From contig JALAIB010000005.1 in assembly GCA_023645945.1 (NCBI GenBank), positions 1 to 56,081 of the forward strand: a DNA stretch of 56,081 nt. The letters run 5' to 3'. This document shows positions 1-14,144 of this stretch, piece by piece (the first letter of the stretch is position 1; the number at the start of each line of letters is the position of its first letter). A model generated the notes under the pieces. It was not told the origin of the DNA. It searched no databases and saw nothing but the letters and a program-made list of their open reading frames with translations. The position numbers and the translations under genes were made by a program. The DNA is from Diploschistes diacapsis (lineage: Eukaryota).

Positions 1-141
1 TATCGAATATAAGGGTACATGGGATTCAATTAAGTACTCTCCGGGACGGTTCCTAGGAGATGAGGCGCCCATCCGCTAGGGATTTTCCCGGGTAGTACTT
101 ACATTGAATGCCATGTATCTAAGGGCCTAATTGTAAACACG
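1..141 (+). mobile_element. 3' end of a cox1 group I intron (window starts inside it), containing a long hairpin
   Basis: Ends in G immediately before cox1 coding sequence resumes (G GTA TAT GCA ATG ATG TCT = ..VYAMMS). Positions 13-120 fold back on themselves. Confidence 0.65.
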
Positions 142-4457
<4,316 letters not shown>

Positions 4458-4746
4458 CCATATAATTGATAGCTTCATAAAAACATAAAGTGCTGTCACT
4501 TAGAATATTTTATTGTTAATTGATTGGGTTATTATTATCTGCAGTTCTCTATAAAATGTGTAATTAAGATGATAGGCATTTGTAATGGTTATAATACTGG
4601 AAGTTTATTTTATAGATTATTTTGCATATTTTGTAATATTTGCATAAGGACGAGGGAAAGTAAAACCTCTATAACCACCTGATAGAAAACCTTCTAGTTT
4701 AATTTAGATATCTTATTGTTCGTATTTAAGTACACTTATTTTTATT

Positions 4747-4784
4747 GGTATAACACCTACATTATAAAAAGTAGGTGTTATACC
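4747..4784. terminator. Perfect 14-bp stem hairpin (possible terminator or processing signal)
   Basis: GGTATAACACCTAC-10 nt-GTAGGTGTTATACC; function inferred only. Confidence 0.35.
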
Positions 4785-4811
4785 TTGGTAGATAAGTAAG
4801 ATAGCTACACG

Positions 4812-4997
4812 TTAAAGCTGCATATATTACAGGTTTTACTCTTCGGAAAAGCCACTCTAAACAAAGGTGGGTAACTAATCATGTACTAAGTATAGTAGAC
4901 TGCATTAATCCCGAACTAAGTCCTGGAAAAAGATGGTTTGTAGTGAGAAGAATGATATCTTAAAGCGTTACATAGAAGCCATCTTTATTTGCTGACT
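4812..4997 (+). repeat. ~185-bp direct repeat, copy 1 (structured non-coding element)
   Basis: Near-identical to 18988-19171 (CTTCGGAAAAGCCACTC...GAAGCCATCTTT). Confidence 0.9.
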
Positions 4998-5359
4998 AAA
5001 AATTTAGTATAAAATATACTTGGTATCAAATCTTCTCTATAACGTGTTGTTAACTGAAATCCCTTTGCTATATACTCTACAGATATAATAACACGAAAGT
5101 CAGGGGGGGGGGGTACCAGGTTTAAATGAAGAGTGGGTCTGGACAAAGCACTTTTATATTCTGGACATGAGCCAGTTATGTTACTATTACATCAATCCAC
5201 AATATATATAGTATATTAATAAGAATATAGTACTAAATGTCTGAGTTCACATAATAGTTAGATTATGTAGTGATTACCCATTTATAAAGAATGTCTAATT
5301 ATAACACTACATATATAGTATGTTAGTAATTATAGACGTAAATTTATTTAATAAATGGT

Positions 5360-5428
5360 GGTCCTATGACTAAATCTGGCAGAGCGGAATACTGTTAATA
5401 TTTAGGTAAGTGTTTAATTCACTATATA
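5360..5428 (+). pseudogene. trnN: Degenerate trnN(GUU) copy
   Basis: AGAGCGGAATACTGTTAATATTTAGGTAAGTGTTTAATTCACT matches the trnN at 25289 but acceptor and D stems are broken. Confidence 0.7.
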
Positions 5429-5500
5429 AGCGTAATAGTATTAATGGTAAATCATTGTGCTTCGGACATAAGGTTGTGAGTTCAAGTCTCACTTGCGCTA
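5429..5500 (+). tRNA. trnR: tRNA-Arg(UCG)
   Basis: Acceptor AGCGTAA/TTGCGCT, anticodon loop CTTCGGA, T arm GTGAG-TTCAAGT-CTCAC. Confidence 0.75.
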
Positions 5501-6077
5501 AACGTTTTTAGTTTTGCGTTCTACTTATAAAAACCTAAATTAGGGATATATATTGGTAAGATTGTTTTTAGCTAAAGCTTAATAGTTATACTATCTGGGC
5601 TAAATACTTTAAAATTTAATATTTTTTTAATCAATTTTTCTAGTTATTTTTTTGTTAAGTATAAGCACTAGAATAGTTATTGAGTCATCACTCAGGTAGA
5701 GATAACTATTTACACCAAAGACAAGAGCTTTAAATCTTGAATAGACATATGTCTATTCTACTCATTAACAGCAATTTTGAAGTTTTTAACAACACCATCT
5801 TTACTGTAAAAGACACTAGTTATAACCCCTGCTTGTTTATCCAGCTCAATATTTAGAGGATCGTTATGCAACCCGATAACATCAACAAAAGGAGAAACAG
5901 AATAATGACGTCTAAACGAAAAGTTCGTTCAGTCAGTTCTCCTCCACCCAATTTTTATAATATAATACTAAATGTTTAACTTGACATAATAGTTATATTA
6001 TATAGTAATTAGCCATTTAGAAATAACAATGTATAATCATAACATTAGATATATAGTGTATTAGTGATTCTAGATAA

Positions 6078-6317
<240 letters not shown>

Positions 6318-6449
6318 TATTTATTATACCTTGTCTGGTTGTATTTATAGCTACAAAAAAACAAATGTTAAGACCTTGTATGGTTTTATTAATAGCTACA
6401 AAAATTATATAAAGTAGTTATAATAGTATAGTACAAAATGTTTGAGTAC

Positions 6450-6592
6450 ACATAATAGTTATATTATATAGTAATTAGCCATTTAGAAATAACAATGTAT
6501 AACCATAACATTAGATATATAATGTATTAGTGATTCTAGATAAAAATTTATTAAACAAATGGTACAAGCAGCAAAAATAATAGGAACCGGTT
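6450..6592 (+). repeat. Duplicate of atp9 upstream region plus first 11 codons
   Basis: Near-identical to 5984-6126; abuts the end of the plasmid DNA polymerase. Confidence 0.9.
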
Positions 6593-6594
6593 GA

Positions 6595-9500
6595 CAACAA
6601 CACAGGCAATTTATTCTTAATAGTAGCGTATCCTTCACCATAATTTATTTTTGTTATAGATTTAAACCCTTTTAAAGTTCACCATGGTAAGCCTTTTGGA
6701 AATCTTCTTTACTTACAGATTCAGATAAAGCATTATTAAATTTTATAGTGGTTTTATTATCTTTATCTTCTATACAATATGTTTTATTACCTAAAAAATA
6801 AGCCTCTTTAATGTTATGCACCAATTTGAATTTTCCTATTTCATTACCAACCAAGTCATTGTTTAACGGTTTATCTGTGACAATGTTATCTATATCGCTA
6901 TAATATATTTTACCTCCATTACGAAGAATATTTAATTTTACTTTGTTCATGTATACTCTTGCGTATGCTGTCACAGCAGAACTTATAGCAACTGAAACAC
7001 TCTTTAAGTTTTCTTGCAAGAAAACGTCCTTAGCGTCACTGTTTTTTAATAGATTTAGTTGTGTTTCTTTATAATCAACTTTATGATCTTCACATATATC
7101 TGCGGATATACTTGCTTCATATGTTACAAGTAATTTGTCATTTATATATTTTACATCACCTACTATTTTTCTAGTCTGTAATATTTCCTGGTATTCTTCA
7201 TTAGTTACTAATCTAGTTATAGATTTGTTTAGATTCATACCGAACCTACCTATTAAACTATTTAAAAATAATTTAGCTATATTCTTTTCTACTGTGTTTT
7301 TAGCATTAGATTTAATACTATAAAAATTATCTACGTACTTTGTAAATACGTCGTATGATCTATCAAAGTTATACCCATGTAATACATATATTTTATACCC
7401 TTCTTCATATGCAAATTTTAACTCTTCACTAAAATATCAACCTTTAATACAACCAATTGGGTTATATATACTTTTTTCTGAAAACTTTGTTGGTATTAGC
7501 CCTAAGTAGTCGTCAGTAGTCTGTATTTCACAGTAGTAAAAACCAAATAAATTATCTTTACAGTCTTGTATGCTCTTATTTATTGTGCTTACGTAAGTAC
7601 AATTTAATCCAGGCATAGGGTTTAATGCTGCATACGGGTATAGCGAATTCACGTCATAATCATATAAATCCTTTCCGTGTGGTATATATACTTCCACTAT
7701 TCCCCCATAATAACTTTCTTTTATATCGCTGTAAACAGATTTTTTATTTATTAAAGGTATATTATTTTGATAGAATTTCTTTAAATATATAGCCATAGCT
7801 AGACTTGATATTGTATAATAATCTTTTACTTCTACACCATAATATGTACGTATGTACTCCATAAAAATCTTCATTATTTCATATAGACTTTTCAAATCAC
7901 CCTCTAAATACTTTATTGTTTCATCTTTAGTATTTCAGTTCTTAACTCTCTGTTCTTCTCCCATCATTGCGTCATCAAGATCTATACCAATGTTTTCATA
8001 CTCCTCTGCACTTATATTATCAAAATAGTGTTTACCAGGCTTTACACCACTATAGAAAAGCGTTTTATCACTTACAAATTCATAAGGAAACAGACCTTTT
8101 ATAACACTCGGCTTATATCTTTCACAAAGTTCAGATAATTTATTTGTCAAAATATTATAAGAGTCTACTATTTTAATTTTGTATCTTTTCTTATATGTTT
8201 TATTGGGATCTTTACCTTTGTAATAAAACGTCTTTCAAACTACTAAACATATAATTTTACCATCTCTAACAATAGGTTCATATTGATAAACATCAGGATT
8301 TTTTTCACATAAAGAAACTACAATACGTAGTAAGAAAGCTACGTCAAATTTGGCAAAGTTATGTACATAGAAAACATAATTATTATATGTTTATTTAAGC
8401 ATATCATTAAGACAATTTATTATTATCGCGTCTGAATCTAAAGACTGATCTATATAAGAAGTTTTTATTCCAAAAAGGTCTCTTTGTTCAGGATCAGCAT
8501 AAAAACCTGTCGTATAAACTTTTAATATATTATCTTTATTAAGATACATTTCAAAATCAAGAGTACCAAATTTATAAATAGCGTCACCTTTTTTTAAAGC
8601 TGTTTTAGGGTTTATAGACTTAAACTGCTGACAAATCTCTTTAGCAACTAGTTCATTTTTTATAAAGTATAAAGTTACATTTCCTGTTGTTCTATAAAAA
8701 CTATCTTGATCTTGTTTTTCATCTACTACACTACTTCTTTTATCTCCGTCTACGTAGTATATATCAATTTCGTTTACGTCAGGTAAGATGCTTTTCACAG
8801 TAGTTATCATAATATTATCTTTATCCATAGATTCATAAAAATCTACATCTCTTGTAAAACCTTTAAAATCCTCATAATAATCCTTTACACGCTCAGCGAA
8901 ATTTATTCTTTCACTACTTTTAAGTATTATATACTTTACTAGTCCATCTACTACAACTTTTTCTAATTTTACTCCAAAATGATTAATATCTGATGTTATA
9001 GGTAAAAAACTTAAACTAGTATTTAGTTTAGATACATTAACTAAATCTTTATGCTGTTTTAAAGGTACTGAGAGTTTCTTACGTTTTACTATAGTATCCG
9101 TGTAATATACTCTTGAAAAGATAAATTGAATACCTATAACTTGATTATACTGAATATCATATTTTTCTAGCGTATCAAGCAATCTATTAGACACCTTTAA
9201 TAAAATATTTTCCATCTTTAAAAATAAACTATTTTTATCCCTATATTGAAAAAAGAATTGGTGTCCTAAAGTTTTTCATTCTGTAACAGATCAATTATTA
9301 CTTTTACTAGTTGTTTCTATTTTATATTGTATTCTTAATAACAAGGAGTACCTTGTGTCTATATCACATTTTACAAAATAATCATACACCAAAGCTTTAT
9401 CATCTAGAGAATCTGGACTAAGATAAAAGATGTTTTCTCTAACCCTTTTTCCAATAGAAGCGACAGAAGAGACATACCGAGTGAAAAGTCGATTTTTTTT

Positions 9501-9599
9501 TTTTATGTTAAATATCATAGAATTAATTATTATTAAATAAAAGGACGTTAAAACATTAGATTTAGGCCCTAACAGCCACCGGATAAGCATAAAAGCCAA
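6595..9599 (-). pseudogene. dpoB: Linear-plasmid-type (protein-primed) family B DNA polymerase, decayed
   Basis: One frame with TGA=Trp: ExoI TLDFEMY, ExoII FYVHNFAKFD, motif A YDVNSLYP, motif B KLFLNSLIGRFGM, motif C altered to YSDIDN; internal TAA at 8391-8393; frameshift or truncation near 6672. Confidence 0.92.
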
Positions 9600-10152
9600 A
9601 CTTTCTCAGCGTTTTCCACCCAGTATAGAAAAAATTTGCTTATTGATTTTACATTCCAAAAAGGTCCTCTTCTCTATATCGTACCGCTTTTTAAATCTAT
9701 ATAACCCGTTGACCTTTTTGGGATACAAGGAGTCATTTAAAAACAAAGGATACGGAAGGATTAGAACAACATTGTGAGGAAGCTTATAATAGGGGTAATA
9801 TGTTTGAGGAGGAACGTGAAAAGATGGTAAAGGGGTCCATAAAGGAAGAAAACGAATGGATGCGTAAATGTGCTGAATGTCACAATAGTGATAATATTTT
9901 ATCTCAAGAAGCTTCTGAAAAGCAAAAAGAGCAATAATTTTTAGTATTATGCTGATCCCAACCTAGAACAACTTAGTTATAGGAATCTCTAGGATTAATT
10001 TTGATATATACCAGATATAAGTATAGTCATTTAGTGATAATTTATCTAAATACATTTGGTACCTATTGAACCCTTGACACTCTATTATATTTAACAGTAA
10101 AGTTAAGCCTGGTACAGTGTAAATATAACTACTGTATTCTTAATTTAGTAAA

Positions 10153-10929
10153 ATGAAAAAAGAACTGATTAATATCTGTAGCCCATTAGATCAATTTGAA
10201 ATCAGAAATTTAATAAGTCTAGACGCTCCTATACTATTTAATATTCATATATCCGTAACAAATATAGGTCTATATTTGTGTCTAGGTGCATTTGTTGTTT
10301 TATCTTTAAACTTAGTGGCTACTAATGGTAATAAAATAGTATCTAACAAATGATCTTTAGTACAGGAAACAATATATGCTACTGTGCATAGCATAGTGAT
10401 AAATCAAATAAATACAAAAAAAGCACAAATATATTTTCCTTTTATATATAGTTTGTTTTTATTTATACTAATTAATAATTTAATAGGTATGGTGCCTTAC
10501 AGTTTTGCTTCCACAGCACATTTTGTATTAGCCTTTTCTGTAAGTTTTACCGTAGTACTAGGTGCAACATTTTTAGGTTTTAATAAACACGGGCTAAAAT
10601 TTTTTTCTTTATTTGTGCCTGCTGGCTGTCCTCTAGGATTGTTACCTCTTTTAGTATTAATAGAGTTTATATCATATTTAGCAAGAAATGTAAGTTTAGG
10701 TCTACGTTTAAGTGCAAATATCTTGAGTGGTCATATGCTATTAAATATATTAGCAGGATTTTGTTATAATATTATGACATCAGGTTTTATATTCTTATTT
10801 GTGGGTTTAATACCTTTAACTTTTATTATAGCATTTTCTGGTTTAGAGTTGGGTATAGCCTTTATACAAGCCCAAGTGTTTGTAGTATTAACTAGTAGTT
10901 ACATAAAAGACGCATTAGATTTACATTAG
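10153..10929 (+). CDS. atp6: ATP synthase subunit 6
   Basis: SPLDQFEI, SLGLRLSANILSGH, IQAQVFVVL...DALDLH. Confidence 0.97.
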
Positions 10930-11020
10930 TCAGAAGCATAAATCTTGTTTATTATATATATTTCTAGGTTTAGAAAATTACATCTATAAAATTGTATATA
11001 TATAATATAAGAATATTAAA

Positions 11021-11167
11021 ATGCCACAATTAGTACCATTTTTTTTTATAAATGAAGTTATATTTACTTTTGTTTTACTTATAATAATGATATACGTGTT
11101 TACTAAGTACATATTACCTAAATTTGTACGTTTATTTTTAACACGTCTTACTTTACTTTTTAAGTAA
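11021..11167 (+). CDS. atp8: ATP synthase subunit 8
   Basis: MPQLVPFFFINEV...KYILPKFVRLFLTR, 48 aa. Confidence 0.97.
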   Translation: MPQLVPFFFINEVIFTFVLLIIMIYVFTKYILPKFVRLFLTRLTLLFK

Positions 11168-11179
11168 ACTTTATAAAAC

Positions 11180-11248
11180 GTTCTTATTAGCTTAACTAGA
11201 GCTAGCCACTTACAGTGTGCTGGTTAGGTTCAAAACCTCCTAAGAGCA
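11180..11248 (+). pseudogene. Degenerate tRNA-like sequence directly before nad2 (identity uncertain, possibly former trnR-ACG)
   Basis: Acceptor GTTCTTA/TAAGAGC and AGGTTCAAAACCT T arm present; D and anticodon arms shortened. Confidence 0.5.
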
Positions 11249-12928
11249 GTGTTGATTTCATATATAATTAGCCTATTATTATCTAATGCCGTCGCTTTAA
11301 GACGTGATTTATCTATCTATTATAACCGTACTTTAGTTTATATTTTATTTTATAATTTTATATTAGGGTATTTTAGTTTAAAAATACTATCCCTAAATAA
11401 AGGTATAGGTTTATATGGAGGTCTATTCAATAGTACTGCTATAAGCAACACTTTTCATATCTTTATTTTTTTTTTAACTTTTATTATACTGTTAATTACT
11501 AGCTTTTATCCAAGAAAAATTTGAACAAATATAAGTTTAAATGTTAACAAATTATTGTTTAATACACATATATTTAACACTAAATTGTTAAATAAAAAGG
11601 GGGATTTGTATAAAATAATTGAGTACCCATTAATATTATTGTTCATAATAACAGGAGCTATTTTTCTTATAAGTAGTAGTGATATAATTTCTATATTTTT
11701 ATCGATAGAATTGCAAAGTTATGGTCTATATTTAATAGCTAGTATACATAGAAATAGCGAATTATCTACATCTGCAGGTCTAACATATTTTTTATTAGGA
11801 GGGCTATCTTCTTGTTTTATTTTGTTAGGTACAGCTTTACTGTATACAAATTCAGGTGTTACTAACTTAGATGGATTTTATTTAATAACTAATATATCAG
11901 AAGTAAAGGATAATATGATCAATATAATATCTTGATATGGCGCTACTTATATAAATTATTCTTTATTAATAATGTCTGTAGGGTTATTATTTAAAATAAG
12001 CGCCGCTCCATTTCATTTTTGAAGTCCTGATGTGTATGATGCCATTCCTACTGTAGTTACAACATTTGTAGCTAATATAGCTAAAGTTTCTATTTTTATA
12101 CTTTTTTTAGAAATAGTTCATTATACTAATAGTTATTATTCACTATTTAATTTTAATTGAACTATAAGTTTACTTATAAGTTCGTTATTATCTTTAATAA
12201 TAGGTACGGTATTGGGATTAAACCAATCAAGAATAAAAAGATTATTAGCTTATAGTACTATCTCCCATTTAGGTTTTATACTATTGGCTTTAACTATAAA
12301 CAGTATAGAATCTGTGCAAGCCTTTATATTTTATATTATGCAATATTCTATATCTAACATAAATGCTTTTATTATAGTAATAAGTATAGGATATACTTTA
12401 TACGTATACATTAATGATAGTAAAGAGTATAAAACACTGGTAGATAAGAATAACTCACCTATACAGCTTATAAATCAAATAAAAGGGTATTTTTCTATTA
12501 ACCCTATGATGGCCATAAGTTTAACCATAGTGGTATATTCTTTTGTAGGAATACCCCCTTTAATAGGTTTTTTTGGTAAACAAATGGTTTTATCTTCTGC
12601 TATAGATAAAGGATACATATTTTTAGCACTAATTGCAATATTAACAAGTGTAATAAGTGCTGCTTATTATTTAAATATAATAAAAGAATTATTTTTTTAC
12701 CATTCCGACTATAAATTAGACATTAATTTAGAAAATAAAACATTCAACAGTTTTATTTTAACAAAAGTTTCAAAATTGAAAATACCATTTAATGTTAATA
12801 ATATAACATTGTCTACAAATTTAAGTATTACTATTTCAGTTTTAACTTTAATTATTTTATTATTTATAATAAATCCTCAAGAATGATTAAGTATAGCTAA
12901 TATATTAGCCATGATAATGTTTAATTAG
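11249..12928 (+). CDS. nad2: NADH dehydrogenase subunit 2 (GTG or TTG start)
   Basis: [56 protein letters not shown] directly followed by nad3 ATG. Confidence 0.95.
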
Positions 12929-13393
12929 ATGAGTAGTATTACCTTTTTTACTGTTTTTATACCCATATTAGCCTTAGTGCTATTAACAATTAATTTTATA
13001 TTTGCCCCTCATAGCCCTTATCAAGAAAAAGGTAGTACATTTGAATGTGGGTTTCACTCCTTCCTTGGTCAAAATAGAACACAATTTAGTATCTCCTTTT
13101 TTATTTTTGCTTTACTATTTTTATTATTTGATCTTGAAATTTTATTAGTATATCCTTATGTTGTAACAGCTTATATTAACACTATATACGGATTAATTAT
13201 AATGTTAGTTTTTTTCTTAGTATTAACCTTAGGATTTGCTTTTGAACTAGGTAAAAATGCACTAAATATTGATAGCAAACAAATATCCTTAAAACGTAGT
13301 ACAGTAAAATCGGACATAGGTATGTTTGTACCAGTTATAGGATTAGTGGAAATATGCAATAATATACCATCAATATTGCAATTTTTGTGTTAG
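12929..13393 (+). CDS. nad3: NADH dehydrogenase subunit 3 with a short extra C-terminal tail
   Basis: EKGSTFECGF, FLLFDLEILLVYP, FELGKNAL. Confidence 0.95.
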   Translation: MSSITFFTVFIPILALVLLTINFIFAPHSPYQEKGSTFECGFHSFLGQNRTQFSISFFIFALLFLLFDLEILLVYPYVVTAYINTIYGLIIMLVFFLVLTLGFAFELGKNALNIDSKQISLKRSTVKSDIGMFVPVIGLVEICNNIPSILQFLC

Positions 13394-13490
13394 GCCTATG
13401 TATTATATTAGTTGTAGTACCTTAAGTAAATAATGGTAAATTTGCAGAGATGAGGTGATATTAATCATAAATCTCAAACAAGCAATAATT

Positions 13491-13567
13491 GTTACCATGC
13501 ATGATAACCGCTTGACCGTTCTAATGTACCTTGTGATCATAAAGAACCAAATTCAAGTAGCAGCTGT
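13491..13567 (+). repeat. 77-bp inverted repeat, copy A
   Basis: Exact reverse complement of 18638-18714. Confidence 0.9.
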
Positions 13568-13874
13568 GCCAATTTAATTCTATATTTATATTAGTAACCT
13601 TAGTACACATAAACCTGGGCCTAACACGGGTTTAGGTTCTACAGGGGATCCTGGTTTACCTAGACCCGTATAATATTTCGAACCAAGACCAATCATGTAT
13701 TAGTTTAAGTGCTTTTATACTTTAGTACAAATATTACATAAATATGTATAATCACGGTTAGAAAACGGTCGATAGGTTTGTAATAGGTAAAAAAAACAAG
13801 CCTATGTACTTTTGGCTAAATAGTTTATCAGATGAGGCAAATATAATCATAAAAAAAAAAAAATAATTACAACA

Positions 13875-14144
13875 ATGAATTTATCACTTATACTTTTTTT
13901 AATTGGTATTTTGGGATTTGTGTTAAATAGAAAGAATATTATACTAATGCTTATTTCTATTGAAATAATGTTATTAGCAATAACACTTTTAATACTAGTG
14001 AGTTCATTAAGCTATGATGATATATTAGGTCAAGTATACGCAATATATATTATAACAGTAGCAGGTGCAGAATCAGCTATAGGTTTAGGTATACTAGTAG
14101 CATTTTATAGATTAAGAGGTAGTATTGCAATAGAATATAAATAA
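13875..14144 (+). CDS. nad4L: NADH dehydrogenase subunit 4L
   Basis: [31 protein letters not shown] 1-nt overlap with nad5. Confidence 0.98.
   Translation: MNLSLILFLIGILGFVLNRKNIILMLISIEIMLLAITLLILVSSLSYDDILGQVYAIYIITVAGAESAIGLGILVAFYRLRGSIAIEYK

Noticed and set aside
5690..5960. Possible minus-strand ORF relic (..FRRHYSVSPFVDV..)
   Set aside because: Short, interrupted by stops and without a recognisable family motif.
8391..8393. Genome-wide reassignment of TAA or TAG to a sense codon
   Set aside because: TAA and TAG terminate atp6, atp8, atp9, nad1, nad2, nad4, cox2 and cox3 at their normal ends; internal stops occur only in accessory ORFs, several of which also have frameshifts.
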